Positions 46,917 through 57,968 of a DNA stretch of 64,000 nucleotides are shown in pieces. This DNA is from Candidatus Omnitrophota bacterium (lineage in GTDB: Bacteria; Omnitrophota; Gorgyraeia; Gygaellales; Profunditerraquicolaceae), in NCBI GenBank assembly GCA_030650425.1, contig JAUSED010000009.1, positions 142,846-206,845 on the forward strand, written 5' to 3'. Numbering within the stretch: the first letter of the stretch is position 1; each line of letters starts with the position of its first letter. The notes under the pieces are model-generated. The model made no database searches. It was given only the letters and a program-made list of their open reading frames with translations, and was not told the DNA's origin. The translations under genes and the position numbers were made by a program.

Positions 46917-47019
46917 AGTAGGGGACACTTTCCAGACTCGGACAGTAGGGGACACTTTCCAACAAGCAGTAAACGAGCGTAGGAAAATGTCCCCTACTGC
47001 GTCTAGGAAAGTATCCTCT
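46917..47019. repeat. Nested family-D elements, intergenic
   Basis: Two AGTAGGGGACACTTTCC left arms followed by GGAAAATGTCCCCTACT and a degenerate GGAAAGTATCCTCT right arm. Confidence 0.8.
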
Positions 47020-47041
47020 GAGCGCGCCCTGAGCGCGGGTA

Positions 47042-48403
47042 TCATTCTCCCTTTGCCTCTTCCTTAAACATATCCTGTACAAAATGCGTGGAGATGTCCC
47101 CTTTTAAGAAAAGTGAATTTTCCATAAGTTTAAGGTGAAACGGAATGGTCGTCTTGATCGGCGAGATATAAAATTCACTTAACGCCCGATGCATAACTTT
47201 AATCGCTTCCTGCCGGTTATTTCCGTGAACGATTAATTTAGCCACCAGAGAGTCGTAATATGGAGGGATCTCGTAACCCGCGTAAATATGCGTATCCACG
47301 CGGACATTCGGGCCTCCGGGTAAAATCAAATGCTCAATTTTTCCCGGAGAAGGAAGAAAATTATTATCCGGGTCTTCGGCGTTAATCCGGCATTCGATAG
47401 CCGCGCCTCTGATATGCACATCTTCCTGTTTAATCTTTAATCTTTCTCCGGCGCTGACCCTGATTTGCTCCTTAATCAAATCTATGCCCGTAACCATCTC
47501 CGTAACCGGATGCTCAACTTGGATACGGGTATTCATCTCCATAAAATAAAGGTTATTTGTTTTTTCATCGAGCAGGAACTCAATCGTTCCACAGCTGACG
47601 TAATTTATAGATTTCATCCCTTTAAGCACCAATTCTCCGAGCCGCTTACGCATCTTACTGCCGACTACCGGCGAAGGAGATTCTTCCAGCAGCTTTTGAT
47701 GCCGCCTTTGAATGCTACAATCTCTTTCACCTAACTGCAAGATATGGCCCAAGCGGTCGCCGATAATCTGAACTTCGATATGCCGGGGTTCTTCGATATA
47801 TTTTTCAATATAGACATTGGGATTTCCAAAATTTGCTTCGGCTTCGGTTTGCGCGGTCATCAGGCTGGAAACTAAGGTCAGGTCATTGTGACAGATACGC
47901 ATCCCTTTTCCGCCTCCGCCGGCAGCGGCTTTTATGATTACCGGATAACCTATTGCCTTGGCTGTCTTAAGCGCCTCTTCTTTGTTTTTAATTACTGACG
48001 CGCTTCCCGGAATAATCGGCAGCCCGGCCTTACGCATAGTTTCGCGCGCGGCTGTCTTGTCACCCATCAGCCGGATATTTTCCGGGGTAGGGCCGATAAA
48101 GGTAATTTTACAGGATTCGCAAATTTCAGCAAAATGAGGATTTTCCGCTAAGAAGCCGTAACCCGGGTGGATTGCTTCAACATCGGTGATTTCCGCGGCG
48201 CTGATGATCGCGGGGATATTTAAGTAACTGTTGGATGAGGCTGCCTGGCCAATGCAGATAGCTTCGTCAGCCAGACGCACTGGCAGAGAATCCCGGTCTG
48301 CCTGCGAGTAGACAGCAACAGTACGGATACCTAATTCGCGGCAGGCACGGATTATTCTTAAGGCGATTTCGCCCCGATTGGCAATAAGTATTTTTGAGAA
48401 CAT
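47042..48403 (-). CDS. accC: Biotin carboxylase
   Basis: [38 protein letters not shown]. Confidence 0.96.
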   Translation of the reverse strand: MFSKILIANRGEIALRIIRACRELGIRTVAVYSQADRDSLPVRLADEAICIGQAASSNSYLNIPAIISAAEITDVEAIHPGYGFLAENPHFAEICESCKITFIGPTPENIRLMGDKTAARETMRKAGLPIIPGSASVIKNKEEALKTAKAIGYPVIIKAAAGGGGKGMRICHNDLTLVSSLMTAQTEAEANFGNPNVYIEKYIEEPRHIEVQIIGDRLGHILQLGERDCSIQRRHQKLLEESPSPVVGSKMRKRLGELVLKGMKSINYVSCGTIEFLLDEKTNNLYFMEMNTRIQVEHPVTEMVTGIDLIKEQIRVSAGERLKIKQEDVHIRGAAIECRINAEDPDNNFLPSPGKIEHLILPGGPNVRVDTHIYAGYEIPPYYDSLVAKLIVHGNNRQEAIKVMHRALSEFYISPIKTTIPFHLKLMENSLFLKGDISTHFVQDMFKEEAKGE

Positions 48404-48409
48404 AATTCT

Positions 48410-48862
48410 TTAGAGTGGTTCGATTAAAAATATAGACTGGCCAAATTCCACGGGCTCAGCATTATCAACTAAAATTTCCAGAATCTTACCCCTTACCTCT
48501 GACTTTATCTCATTCATTAACTTCATTGCTTCGATTATACAGATAACCTGACCCGGTTCGATAGTCTGGCCCACATCCACATAAGAAGCTGCCTCGGGAC
48601 TGGGTGAACGGTAAAAGGTACCAACCATAGGAGATTTTACTTCTAAGGTTTTAACCAGCGCTTCTTTAGGGGATTCAACAATTTGCTTTACCCCCGCATC
48701 CGCTACTGCCTGCCTCTCGACGACAATAGGGCCGCTGAACCCTTCAGAACCAACCATAGTTTTCTTAAGCCTAATACGCATTCCTTCTTTCTCAATCTCC
48801 AGCTCAACCAAGCCATTCTCATTCATCAGGTTGACCATCTCTTTAATTTCCTTGACGTTCAT
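48410..48862 (-). CDS. accB: Biotin carboxyl carrier protein
   Basis: SPMVGTFY, EAMKLMNEI. Confidence 0.95.
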   Translation of the reverse strand: MNVKEIKEMVNLMNENGLVELEIEKEGMRIRLKKTMVGSEGFSGPIVVERQAVADAGVKQIVESPKEALVKTLEVKSPMVGTFYRSPSPEAASYVDVGQTIEPGQVICIIEAMKLMNEIKSEVRGKILEILVDNAEPVEFGQSIFLIEPL

Positions 48863-48874
48863 TTAAGGCTCCTT

Positions 48875-49438
48875 TTAGCTGACCCGCTCAACGTATTGAC
48901 CGCCGCGGGTATCCACTTTAATCCTGTCGCCTACATCAATGAACAAAGGCACCTGAATGCTGGCGCCTGTCTCGATCTGGGCCGGTTTAGTCCCGCTTTT
49001 AGCGGTATCTCCCTTTATCCCGGGTTCAGTATTGATAATCTCTACCTCAATGAAATTCGGAAGATTAACCGTAAGCACATCGTCTTTATAAAAATATCCC
49101 ATTACCTCTATATTATCCTTGAGGAACCTTTTGTTATCCCCTATGCTCTCTTCGGAAATGGCGATCTCTTCAAAATTATCCTGATCCATAAAATGATACA
49201 GTTGGCCGGAGGTATACTGATATTGCAGTTTTCTTTCATCAACAAACGCCTGCTCAATTTTATCGTCGCCCCGGAAAGTCTTTTCCTGAATATTGGAGGT
49301 TTTCATATCTCTTAACTTAGCCCGCACAAAGGCCGCGCCTTTTCCGGGCTTGATATGCTGGGCGTCAACAACCACATAGACTATCGCATCAACTAATATA
49401 GTTACCCCTGATTTAATTTCATTTATCGATAAAGCCAC
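48875..49438 (-). CDS. efp: Elongation factor P
   Basis: KPGKG.AFVR, PG.KGDT, VP.FI..GD.IKVDTR. Confidence 0.95.
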   Translation of the reverse strand: MALSINEIKSGVTILVDAIVYVVVDAQHIKPGKGAAFVRAKLRDMKTSNIQEKTFRGDDKIEQAFVDERKLQYQYTSGQLYHFMDQDNFEEIAISEESIGDNKRFLKDNIEVMGYFYKDDVLTVNLPNFIEVEIINTEPGIKGDTAKSGTKPAQIETGASIQVPLFIDVGDRIKVDTRGGQYVERVS

Positions 49439-50480
49439 TGAGCACCTCGCATCCCTTATTGGTTACTAATACCATATCCTCTATCCTTATTCCAAACTTA
49501 CCCGGAAGGTAAATCGCGGGCTCAACCGTAAAGACCATACCCGGAACTAAAATACCGTCATTTTTTGCTGAGATTGACGGAGCTTCATGGGTTTCTAAAC
49601 CGATCCCGTGGCCTAAGCTATGGCCAAAGAATTTCGCGTAGCCCTTGTCAGCAATATAGTTACGGCTCAGGCCATCAATCCGGGCTATCTCTATTCCCGG
49701 TTTAATACTCGCGATTGACCGGCTTTGCGCTTCGAGCACAACCTCGTAAATCCGGCGATTAAGACCTTTTATTTTATCTAAAAAGAATACCCTTGTCAAG
49801 TCGGATTTATAACCAAGATAATCCACTCCCAGATCAATCAGTAAAGGAAGACCTTTTTGAGTTTTTGTACCCCCCGGACGATGATGCGGATAAGCTGAAT
49901 TAGGGCCTGAGGCGACAATAATATCAAAGGCTGCCTCTCCCGCGCCGTTATAGCGGATAAACCGCTCCAGTTCTCCGGCAATCTCAAGCTCTGCCAGACC
50001 CGGCCTGATAAAATCCTTGATAAATTCCAAAGCTGAGCCCGTAATCCTAAGCGCTTCCCTGATTTTTTCAATTTCTTTAGGCTCTTTAACCTGTCTTAAG
50101 TTTTCAATTAAATTATGGCTGGGGATTAAATATAGCTTAGCCTTAAGGAATTCCTTAATCTTTTTATATTCGGCATAAGGCAGATGCCTCTCCTCAAAAC
50201 CAACCCTCTCTAGGCCAAGGCCGATGCAGGTATCCGCTATAAGGTTAAACACAGAACCTTCAATCTTCTTTAGGCTGGCGACGGTCTTAAGCTTAGGACG
50301 CACCTCTTCCATATACCGCGAGTCGGTAAAATAAATGCAATCTTTTTTTGATACTAGAAAATAGGCATCGGAGGAGATAAAACCGCTAAGATAGGATATA
50401 TTCGCCGGAGAAGAAACAATTAACCCATCCAGATTCTCTTGTTTTAAGCGGCTTAATAGTTTTTGCAGGCGAGGCTTCAT
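49419..50480 (-). CDS. Xaa-Pro aminopeptidase (M24B)
   Basis: [32 protein letters not shown]. Confidence 0.92.
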   Translation of the reverse strand: MKPRLQKLLSRLKQENLDGLIVSSPANISYLSGFISSDAYFLVSKKDCIYFTDSRYMEEVRPKLKTVASLKKIEGSVFNLIADTCIGLGLERVGFEERHLPYAEYKKIKEFLKAKLYLIPSHNLIENLRQVKEPKEIEKIREALRITGSALEFIKDFIRPGLAELEIAGELERFIRYNGAGEAAFDIIVASGPNSAYPHHRPGGTKTQKGLPLLIDLGVDYLGYKSDLTRVFFLDKIKGLNRRIYEVVLEAQSRSIASIKPGIEIARIDGLSRNYIADKGYAKFFGHSLGHGIGLETHEAPSISAKNDGILVPGMVFTVEPAIYLPGKFGIRIEDMVLVTNKGCEVLSGFIDK

Positions 50481-50920
50481 ACATCAAGTAGGTCTAACAA
50501 GGCTTGCAGGCCTAATACGTAACTTTTAGCGCCAAAGCCCATAATCGTGCCTTTGACTACCGGGCTGATCAGGGATTTATGCCTGAATTCTTCGCGGGAA
50601 TAAATATTGGATAGATGTACTTCTATGGTTAGTATTCCTGAGGCAGCGAGCGCGTCTCTTATAGCCACGCTGGTATGGGTGTAAGCAGCCGGATTAATTA
50701 AAATAGCGTTAAATTTATTTTTTGCCTTTCCGATTAAATCCACGATTTCACCTTCGTGGTTAGACTGCTTAATCACCAAGCTCGCCTTGCGAATTTTGGC
50801 GATTTTCTTTAATTCACTATTGATCGCGTCCAAAGTAACTCTGCCGTAAATCTTAGGCTCTCTTTGGCCAAGTAGGTTTAAATTCGGGCCGTGAATGACT
50901 AAAATTTTTTTCATTTTCAT
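50477..50920 (-). CDS. aroQ: Type II 3-dehydroquinate dehydratase
   Basis: [29 protein letters not shown]...RE.FRH. Confidence 0.95.
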   Translation of the reverse strand: MKMKKILVIHGPNLNLLGQREPKIYGRVTLDAINSELKKIAKIRKASLVIKQSNHEGEIVDLIGKAKNKFNAILINPAAYTHTSVAIRDALAASGILTIEVHLSNIYSREEFRHKSLISPVVKGTIMGFGAKSYVLGLQALLDLLDV

Positions 50921-51069
50921 TCTGCCTCATCAATCAGCATTACCGGAATCCCGTCTTTGACAGGATACTTCTTTCCGCATTTTTTGCAGACAATCTTCTT
51001 ATCTTTTAGTTCAACATCCCCTTTACATCCGGGGCAGGCTAAGATATCTAATAATTCCTTATCAATCAT
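50917..51069 (-). CDS. Trm112-family protein (missing from ORF track, 50 aa)
   Basis: [17 protein letters not shown]...CKKC...[16 protein letters not shown]. Confidence 0.88.
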   Translation of the reverse strand: MIDKELLDILACPGCKGDVELKDKKIVCKKCGKKYPVKDGIPVMLIDEAE

Positions 51070-51350
51070 TTACTTTCTCCTTTATTTTTAGATAAATAGA
51101 TTGTTCTTAATTCGTAAAGAAGATGTTCTAATAACTCTGTTTCCTCCGCGGATAGATTACCTTTGGTCTTCTCCTGAAGCATACCCAAAGTATCGATGAT
51201 AAATTTGGCTTGCGGAAGGTCCTCTTCGGTTTTTTGGCTTACCGGATTCGGGATCTGACCCAAAAAAATCGTAGCCTGTAAAGAAAGGGTGCTGATAAAA
51301 AATTTAAAATCGGGGACAGGCGGAATAAAATCGTTTTTATTTTCGTCCAT
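51066..51350 (-). CDS. DUF1844 family protein
   Basis: LG.IPNP....L..AK..ID.L.ML.EKTKGNL..EE..LL...LYELR. Confidence 0.85.
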   Translation of the reverse strand: MDENKNDFIPPVPDFKFFISTLSLQATIFLGQIPNPVSQKTEEDLPQAKFIIDTLGMLQEKTKGNLSAEETELLEHLLYELRTIYLSKNKGESK

Positions 51351-51351
51351 A

Positions 51352-52173
51352 TTATTTTATAATTATGCCGGCATAACCAACAACCGAACTTTTATCGCCG
51401 GTTACATCTCCACTGGTTTGATAATTTACTAACTGGCCGCCTTTAGCGCCTAAAGATTTAGCCGCACTCAGCATAGCTGCTACGGGGCTTACGCCGCACA
51501 TAGAGATATGAAAACGTTTTACTTCGGCCATTAGCTTATCCGGGCTTAATTCCAATATCGCGGAAATTGCTTTTTTATCTTTTACTGCAGCCTCTTCTTG
51601 CGCTTCATAATGAGTCATATCAGAACTAGCTACCAATAGAATTTTATCCTTTAAACCCAATTCTCTAATTACCCCGGCAATCTCTTCGCCTACTTTTTTA
51701 AGCGCAATTAAGTCATCCGACATGAACGCAATCGGTACGATTTCAAAATCTTGCTTAAAATACTGCAAAATCGGAAGCTCAACTTCTAAAGAATGCTCTC
51801 CGGCGTGCGCCAAAGAATCATCCTTTAAATATTCCGAAGTATCTAATATCTTCTTGGCTAGCCGGCTGTCAATATTTACCTCTCCCAAAGGGGTTAACCA
51901 TCTCCCTTCCGTCATTATACTGAAATTCGCGCCTTCTCCGGTATGATTAGGGCCAAAAAGAATTATTTTTTCCTTGAGCTTTATTTTCGAGAGCGTCTGA
52001 GAGGCAACCCTACCCGAATAAATATAACCGGCATGCGGAAGCATACAGGCTATAGCGTCAAGCTTAGGCTCTTTAGCGTCAATAAAACCGCTGATCTGTT
52101 TCTTTATATCTTGAGCCGAAGCCGGATAAAACCGTCCCGCTACTACGGGTTGGCGTATCTTAAAGGACACCAT
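51352..52173 (-). CDS. amrB: AmmeMemoRadiSam system protein B (MEMO1 family)
   Basis: [37 protein letters not shown]. Confidence 0.9.
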   Translation of the reverse strand: MVSFKIRQPVVAGRFYPASAQDIKKQISGFIDAKEPKLDAIACMLPHAGYIYSGRVASQTLSKIKLKEKIILFGPNHTGEGANFSIMTEGRWLTPLGEVNIDSRLAKKILDTSEYLKDDSLAHAGEHSLEVELPILQYFKQDFEIVPIAFMSDDLIALKKVGEEIAGVIRELGLKDKILLVASSDMTHYEAQEEAAVKDKKAISAILELSPDKLMAEVKRFHISMCGVSPVAAMLSAAKSLGAKGGQLVNYQTSGDVTGDKSSVVGYAGIIIK

Positions 52174-53083
52174 CGAATATATTTTCCAGCAATTCTTTGC
52201 TTTTCTTAATATCCTTTGGCGTAGCCGGGTAGTGCGCCTCTATAACCTTGAGTGTTTCTTTATTGAGATAGGATTTTAGTTCTGAAAAATCAATCTGCCC
52301 ATTTACCGGCGCCTGATGATCAAGGCAACCTACCACGTTATGTATGTGCACCCCAATCATTGCCTTACCATATAAACTCAAATAGTCATTGTGGCTGACA
52401 AAACCCAGATTCTCCATCACTTGCGCGTGGCCTGTGTCATGCCAATAAAAAATACGCGAAGTTTTAAATTCATCTAAAATTATGCCTATTTCTTCAAAGT
52501 TAGGAATTTCGCGGTAATAAAACCGATTCTCTATGCCTAAACTTATAGACTTAGTTTCGGCATATGCGTTTAATTCTTCCAAACTACGCAGGGCATGCTC
52601 AAGAAATGGCTGGGCAATACTTGCCCTTTCCCTTAAGAATTCTTCTTTTAGCGAACGGAAGTTCTCGGTATCCTTGAGGCCACGCTCATATAAGCCGATA
52701 AGTTCCCGGGTTTTATCCTGCATCTCGACCCTGCCGCAGTGCATAACAACAGCCTGAGCTCCCAAAAGACTGGCTGTATCAATACTCCTTTTAGTATATT
52801 CCACCGCCAGTTTCCTCTCTTCTTCATCAAAAGACGCGATGGAATAACAGTCAGGTAATGCTTCCTGACGCTTAAATGCTTCCGGGTAGGGACAAAAATT
52901 ATGCACGCTGCGCACCTTAAATACATTCTTCTTGATCAACTCGGTAATCTCGGATACCATCAAAGAAGTTAAATTAAAACTAAGCTCTAAATCCGAAAAA
53001 CCCAGTTTTTTTATTTCAAAGAGCATATCCTTGACTTTATCGAAACGAAAGGCATTCCAAGAAGTTGAAAAAACAAGCGGCAT
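52160..53083 (-). CDS. Sugar-phosphate isomerase/epimerase TIM-barrel protein
   Basis: SVHN, VVMHCG, GIENR, WHDTGHA, HIH. Confidence 0.8.
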   Translation of the reverse strand: MPLVFSTSWNAFRFDKVKDMLFEIKKLGFSDLELSFNLTSLMVSEITELIKKNVFKVRSVHNFCPYPEAFKRQEALPDCYSIASFDEEERKLAVEYTKRSIDTASLLGAQAVVMHCGRVEMQDKTRELIGLYERGLKDTENFRSLKEEFLRERASIAQPFLEHALRSLEELNAYAETKSISLGIENRFYYREIPNFEEIGIILDEFKTSRIFYWHDTGHAQVMENLGFVSHNDYLSLYGKAMIGVHIHNVVGCLDHQAPVNGQIDFSELKSYLNKETLKVIEAHYPATPKDIKKSKELLENIFDGVL

Positions 53084-53085
53084 TA

Positions 53086-53250
53086 TTATTTTCTTCTCTC
53101 TTTGGCTTTCTTTCTCTTACGCTCGCTTGGTTTCTCGTAATGCTTACGGTCCCTGACTTCCCTGAGGATGCCTTCCTGTTCTATCTTCTTCTTAAAACGG
53201 CGCAAAGCTGACTCAAAAGACTCATCTCTCTTAACTTCGACTTCTGACAA
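53086..53250 (-). CDS. rpsU: 30S ribosomal protein S21 (missing from ORF track; TTG start)
   Basis: [45 protein letters not shown]; RBS AAAGGAG. Confidence 0.93.
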   Translation of the reverse strand: MSEVEVKRDESFESALRRFKKKIEQEGILREVRDRKHYEKPSERKRKKAKERRK

Positions 53251-53307
53251 TATAATCATCTCCTTTCTTAAGCAAATAATGGTTTTAAATTCCTAAATAT
53301 TCGTACT

Positions 53308-53336
53308 AATATACCACTCTTTTATAGCAGTGTCAA
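53308..53336 (-). promoter_or_regulatory. Sigma70 promoter of rpsU operon
   Basis: TTGACA-17nt-TATATT on minus strand. Confidence 0.6.
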
Positions 53337-53357
53337 CAGGTTAGCAGGCCTGCTGTA

Positions 53358-54041
53358 TTATTCTCTTCCAAAAAAGATGATAATGTTGAAAGAAAGCTGG
53401 GAATAATCCACCTCTTTGGGAAAATTGGGGAAAGGAGAGGCATTCTTGACGCTGGCTAAAGCAATATCTTTTAGGGAGTTTGAGGCCTTAGACCGCTCTT
53501 CCACCAGCCGCACATCTGTTAAGTAACCCGCGCTTGAGATGGTAAAAGTTACGCACACCTCCCCAGTTTGGCTGCCGCTGTAATTCTGGTAAGCTGAGCG
53601 CCGGATCTTTTCATAGACATCCTGATAATAGATGATGTAAGAATGGTTGTCGATTTTTCTCATATCTACTTGGGGAAGGATTATCTTCGTCTTTATAATG
53701 ATTATATCCGGTTTAATCAATGCCGGCCGGACAATTGGCAACTCTTTACGTATAGCCCGCATATCGGCTTTTAAAAGAGCTTCCCTATCTATAAATGGGG
53801 GAGGATTCCTTCTCCGCATATTAATCTTAGATGATAGGCCTAATAACGGTTCGCTTCTTGGGAGGCCGGCTTTTTTTGAACCCGGGTTATTGGGCTTCGT
53901 AGTTTTGATATAATTTACTTCTACCTTCCGGCTTTTACCTTGGGGAGAAAAAAACAGATAACCCGGGTTTTGGGTAACCACAAGAATGTGCGTGGCGAAA
54001 GAAAGCAAAAAAGCAACTTGTAAGGTGTGGTTTAAGAACAT
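53358..54041 (-). CDS. TonB C-terminal domain protein
   Basis: N-terminal S..H TM anchor; GEV.V.F.I...G...LKDIAL.SV..ASPFP.FP. Confidence 0.7.
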   Translation of the reverse strand: MFLNHTLQVAFLLSFATHILVVTQNPGYLFFSPQGKSRKVEVNYIKTTKPNNPGSKKAGLPRSEPLLGLSSKINMRRRNPPPFIDREALLKADMRAIRKELPIVRPALIKPDIIIIKTKIILPQVDMRKIDNHSYIIYYQDVYEKIRRSAYQNYSGSQTGEVCVTFTISSAGYLTDVRLVEERSKASNSLKDIALASVKNASPFPNFPKEVDYSQLSFNIIIFFGRE

Positions 54042-54853
54042 AAATTATAGCCTCGCGGTGTAATCATAAATTTATCTTTTATATAAGTTTTGGAATTGCC
54101 GATAATAATAGTGGTTACCATATTTATTTTTTCAAAGGAGGATAACTTACTCAAAGTAGTAAGACTAACTCTCTGCTTATCCCTATAGGCATTCTCTACG
54201 ATACCAACCGGTGTAGACGGTGATTTGTGCTTTAGCAAAATACGGCATGCTTCTTTAAAGGGGGTGACTCTTTTGGCGCTCTTAGGATTATAAAGCACAA
54301 TCACAAAATCGGCTGCCGCCGCCAGCTCAATCCTGCGTTTAATCAAATTCAAGTCAGTCAAAAGATCGCTTAAAGAAATAGCCGCGAAATCATGGGTAAG
54401 CGGCGCTCCTAAAAGAGCGGCGCAGCTGGTCGCGGCAATAATTCCGGGAATAATCTCTACTCTCAATTCATTCAGCCCGCTTTTCTTTAAAAGTTCTAAA
54501 ACTAAACCCGCCATGCCATAAACTCCGGAATCACCGCTGGAAACAATACAAACCCTTCTTCCTTTTTTAGCATCTTCTATAGCGCGCTTAGCCCTTTTTA
54601 CCTCCTCCATCATGCCGAAAGATTTCACTTCTTTATTATCCACCAAGTTTCCCAGCAGATTAATATAAGTCTTATAGCCAAAGATTACCTGACATTCTTT
54701 TATCGCTTCCCGGGCGCGTTGGCTTAAGTGGCCAATATCTCCCGGGCCGGTCCCGACTATCTTTAGGCTTCCCTGGCTACCGCTACGGTAACCCTGCCTA
54801 TTTTTGTTTTGGCTAAAATTAATTTTGGATTTCTTGCTACAATAAGCGCGCAT
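54032..54853 (-). CDS. cbiH: Precorrin-3B C17-methyltransferase (start uncertain)
   Basis: VGTGPG, GYKTY, SSGDSGVYGMAG, ISLSDLLT, LYNP.S, ITPRGY. Confidence 0.9.
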   Translation of the reverse strand: MRAYCSKKSKINFSQNKNRQGYRSGSQGSLKIVGTGPGDIGHLSQRAREAIKECQVIFGYKTYINLLGNLVDNKEVKSFGMMEEVKRAKRAIEDAKKGRRVCIVSSGDSGVYGMAGLVLELLKKSGLNELRVEIIPGIIAATSCAALLGAPLTHDFAAISLSDLLTDLNLIKRRIELAAAADFVIVLYNPKSAKRVTPFKEACRILLKHKSPSTPVGIVENAYRDKQRVSLTTLSKLSSFEKINMVTTIIIGNSKTYIKDKFMITPRGYNLCS

Positions 54854-55503
54854 GGTTCACTCACCCCCTCAACCCCGATTTTTTCTTTGACAAAAGATGA
54901 TCTTCCGTATTCCCCGCTAAATTTTCTTATCAACTCAGTGGGAACTATTCTCAAAGAAACACCTAATTCCATACATGCCTCTTGTAAGCCCAATTCTTTT
55001 TGCTTTAAGTCTATGGTAGCAAAACACCTAACTTTTTTAATTGAGCATTTAACCCTACTCAAGGCATATCGCACTCCCTTAATGATCTCCTTTTTATCTA
55101 TACCGCGACGGCAACCTATACCGATGACTAATTTTTTACGGGATTCGGAAGCTGTGGTCACAACCGGCTGAGCACCTAAGCTATTTGCAACTTTGATCGC
55201 CAAATTGTTCGCGCCGCCTTCATGGCCGGATAAGAGGCTAATCGCAAAACGTCCCTCTTCGTCCACTACGACTACTGCCGGATCGCTATATTTATCTTTT
55301 ATATAGGAAGCGATAACCCTAACCACAATACCCGCAGCCATACAGAAGACGATCCCTTCGTATTCAGAGAATAGTTTTTGCGCTAAATCCCTTAGCCCGC
55401 CCTTCAATGACAAAGCATATACTTTGCATCCCGGAATACTCTTTTTAATCCTTAAAGCTGCATGCTTACCTTTTTTGGTTATCGCGACAATAGCGACCTT
55501 CAT
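54763..55503 (-). CDS. cbiG: Cobalt-precorrin-5A hydrolase
   Basis: A.GIVVR.IA, DPAVVV.DE, LLSGHEGGAN, GIGCRRG, GVSEPCAL. Confidence 0.9.
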   Translation of the reverse strand: MKVAIVAITKKGKHAALRIKKSIPGCKVYALSLKGGLRDLAQKLFSEYEGIVFCMAAGIVVRVIASYIKDKYSDPAVVVVDEEGRFAISLLSGHEGGANNLAIKVANSLGAQPVVTTASESRKKLVIGIGCRRGIDKKEIIKGVRYALSRVKCSIKKVRCFATIDLKQKELGLQEACMELGVSLRIVPTELIRKFSGEYGRSSFVKEKIGVEGVSEPCALIVARNPKLILAKTKIGRVTVAVAREA

Positions 55504-55520
55504 CCCGCACATTCTTTCTT

Positions 55521-55626
55521 ATAGGGGACACTTTCCTTTAGTCATAGGGGACACTTTCCTTTTGGGTGTTCCCTGATAGCCCTGACGGAAAATGTCCCCT
55601 TCTGGGCTGATGGAAAGTGTCCCCTG
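55521..55626. repeat. Nested family-D elements at the cbiF 3' end
   Basis: Two GGGGACACTTTCC left arms and two GGAAARTGTCCCC right arms; supply the CbiF tail and stop. Confidence 0.85.
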
Positions 55627-56381
55627 CTGTTAGCCCTCTTCCTAAACATATGCCCAAAATCCTTAGCGTACAGTTTAGATTTTTGGTAATTCTTTTTGAA
55701 AACATCCCCAATGATGATTAAAGCCTGGCGGTTAATCCCTGCCATTTTAACTTTTTTTACGATATCCCGCACTGTACCGGTTATTTTTCTTTCCTGCGGC
55801 AGGGAAACTTTTTCGATCACGGCAACCGGCGTATTCAATCCATAGCTTTTCTTTATTTTTTTTACCACGTCTTCTATTCGGTCAATACTTAAAAAAATAA
55901 CCAAAGTAGCTCTAATCCGGGCCAATCTTGCCAAATCCTCTTTTACCGGCACTTTGGTTCTGCCTGAAATTCTAGTCAATATCACTGTCTGGCTGACTCC
56001 GGGAAGCACAAGCTCCTGCCTCAAGCTCGCGCTAGCTGCCTGAAAAGAACTTACTCCCGGAATAACTTCATAGGCTATCCGCTCTTTTTCGCACCAATCC
56101 ATTTGTTCTTGAATCGCGCCATAGATAGACGGATCGCCGCTATGCATTCTCGCTATAATCTTATCACTATGCTTGTGCTCTTTAAAAACCCCTAACACCT
56201 CATCTAGGTTCATACTGCTGGAATCATAAAGCCGCGCGTCTTTCTTAGCTAATTTAATTATATCTTTATTGATTAACGAACCAGCATAAATGACAATATC
56301 GGCTTTTTCAATAATCTTCTTTGCTTTAATCGTCAACAATTCAGGGTCACCGGGCCCGGCGCCGATAAAATAGACTTTCAT
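55542..56381 (-). CDS. cbiF: Cobalt-precorrin-4 C11-methyltransferase
   Basis: YFIGAGPGDPELLT.K, YAGSL, RMHSGDPSIYG, SQTVILTR, SKLY..DF.H. Confidence 0.93.
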   Translation of the reverse strand: MKVYFIGAGPGDPELLTIKAKKIIEKADIVIYAGSLINKDIIKLAKKDARLYDSSSMNLDEVLGVFKEHKHSDKIIARMHSGDPSIYGAIQEQMDWCEKERIAYEVIPGVSSFQAASASLRQELVLPGVSQTVILTRISGRTKVPVKEDLARLARIRATLVIFLSIDRIEDVVKKIKKSYGLNTPVAVIEKVSLPQERKITGTVRDIVKKVKMAGINRQALIIIGDVFKKNYQKSKLYAKDFGHMFRKRANSRGHFPSAQKGTFSVRAIREHPKGKCPL

Positions 56382-57211
56382 TCCGCACCTACTTTTGGAT
56401 AGGGGACACTTTCCTTTAAAGGGCTTCGCGATAGCGCTGATGGAAAGTGTCCCCTGCGGTTGGGGTTTGGAAAGTGTCCCCTTCGACTGATGTTTCTCAC
56501 TATAATTACCGAAAGGTATCCTAAATTTTTATCCTCCAGAGAAGCGAGATCCCTAACAATCCTTTCATTAGCTTGTCCTGCATGGCTAATCAGCACTGAA
56601 GAAGCTAAAAGTTTCATCTTTTTAAGAAGCCGGATAATACTCTCTAACTTTGAGCCTATTTTCATTAATACCACTGTGTCAAATTCTTTTAGGGCTTCCT
56701 TTAAGCCTTTAAGATTCTTGACTACTGGTAAGATAGCCATTTTTTCATCACCCTTTAAGAGAGGTAAACCAATAGATGCCGCCGCGGCGCCAAACGCGCT
56801 AATTCCCGGAATAGTCTCTGTTTCCAGATAAGGAAAATTACTGCGCAGGGTCTCTAGAAGGTAAATATAGGTACTATAGATAAATGGATCCCCTATGGTA
56901 ACAAATGCGGCAGCCTTATTCTTTTTTAATTCCTCAACAATTATCTTAGCTGCGTTTAGCCAATAAGATTGCAGCTTATTCTTATCCTTAGTCATCGGAA
57001 AAGTAAGTTCAATAAAATTCTTATCTCCCAAAGCAAGTGCCTCTACTATGGAGCGGGCGCAAGATTTTCCGCCTTCGCTTGCCTTAGGAACAAAAATCGT
57101 CTTAACTTCATTGAGTATTTCTTTTGCCCTTAAGGTAAGCAGCTTTGGGTCACCCGGCCCAATACCTACCCCATAAAGTTTGCCCTTTATTTCGTTACTA
57201 CCATTACGCAT
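56378..57211 (-). CDS. cbiL: Cobalt-precorrin-2 C20-methyltransferase
   Basis: LYGVGIGPGDP.LLT.RA, FPM, GDP.IYSTY, VLMK, YLS. Confidence 0.9.
   Translation of the reverse strand: MRNGSNEIKGKLYGVGIGPGDPKLLTLRAKEILNEVKTIFVPKASEGGKSCARSIVEALALGDKNFIELTFPMTKDKNKLQSYWLNAAKIIVEELKKNKAAAFVTIGDPFIYSTYIYLLETLRSNFPYLETETIPGISAFGAAAASIGLPLLKGDEKMAILPVVKNLKGLKEALKEFDTVVLMKIGSKLESIIRLLKKMKLLASSVLISHAGQANERIVRDLASLEDKNLGYLSVIIVRNISRRGHFPNPNRRGHFPSALSRSPLKESVPYPKVGAE
56399..56482. repeat. Family-D element plus extra arm, in frame in cbiL 3' end
   Basis: Encodes RRGHFPNPNRRGHFPSALSRSPLKESVPY. Confidence 0.85.
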
Positions 57212-57807
57212 AAGCCAAATCCTCGCATTTTAGATAAACTTATTAAATTAGTCTTAACTATCCGTTCATCAGCATAGCTAAGATTCTCAAAGACAACCGT
57301 CTTTCTATTTTTTATCCCCCGTTCAAGTAAATATCCCGCAATTTTTTGAGGAGGAAATTTTCGATCGGTAAGCAAAAATACCTTAGCGGCAGCATTTACT
57401 TCTTCCGCTAAATTGCCGGGGGGCCGGCCATGAACACTGATAATCTTGGCGTCTTGCCAGCTTTCACCCATCCTGGCAAAGGCAAGCTGGAGCGTGCTTA
57501 TTCCCGGGATAATTATATATTCTTTTTTCTTTAAAATCAATTCTACCTGCCGTAGAAAACTGTACAGTCCCGGATCTCCTGAAACCAGAAGAACGATCCT
57601 TTTCTTATCTTTATTCTTTTTTATAAATGAGCCGGCTTCTTTAAAATGTCCTTCAAGGTATATTTTTTTTTGATCCGGAGAATAAAACTGCGCTAATATG
57701 CGCTTTGCCCCGATTAAACAATCCGCCTTTTCTATTTCCCTGATGGCTGCAGGAAGTAAATAGTCAAGTGTTCCCGGGCCTGCTCCGATGATATACAGTT
57801 TAGACAT
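57187..57807 (-). CDS. cbiE: Cobalt-precorrin-7 C5-methyltransferase
   Basis: IIGAGPG, SGDPGLY, IPGIS..QLAFA, SVHGR, ENLSY..E. Confidence 0.88.
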   Translation of the reverse strand: MSKLYIIGAGPGTLDYLLPAAIREIEKADCLIGAKRILAQFYSPDQKKIYLEGHFKEAGSFIKKNKDKKRIVLLVSGDPGLYSFLRQVELILKKKEYIIIPGISTLQLAFARMGESWQDAKIISVHGRPPGNLAEEVNAAAKVFLLTDRKFPPQKIAGYLLERGIKNRKTVVFENLSYADERIVKTNLISLSKMRGFGLCVMVVTK

Positions 57808-57812
57808 ATTTA

Positions 57813-57968
57813 TGCATCTTGTTGTAGGGGACACTTTCCTTTAAGCCGTCTCTTATAGCTCTGACGGAAAATGTCCCCTGCGGTTGTGCATCTTGTTGTA
57901 GGGGACACTTTCCTTTAAGCCGTCTCTTATAGCTCTGGTGGAAAGTGTCCCCTTCCGGGGTCCCCTAC
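57813..57968. repeat. Tandem (74-bp period) duplication of a family-D element at the cbiD 3' end
   Basis: TGCATCTTGTTGTAGGGGACACTTTCCTTTAAGCCGTCTCTTATAGCTCTG at 57813 and 57887. Confidence 0.85.

Noticed and set aside
48683-49315. 210-aa plus-strand ORF and the many other antisense ORFs in the track
   Set aside because: They lie opposite well-conserved genes (efp/accB etc.) and show no recognisable motifs
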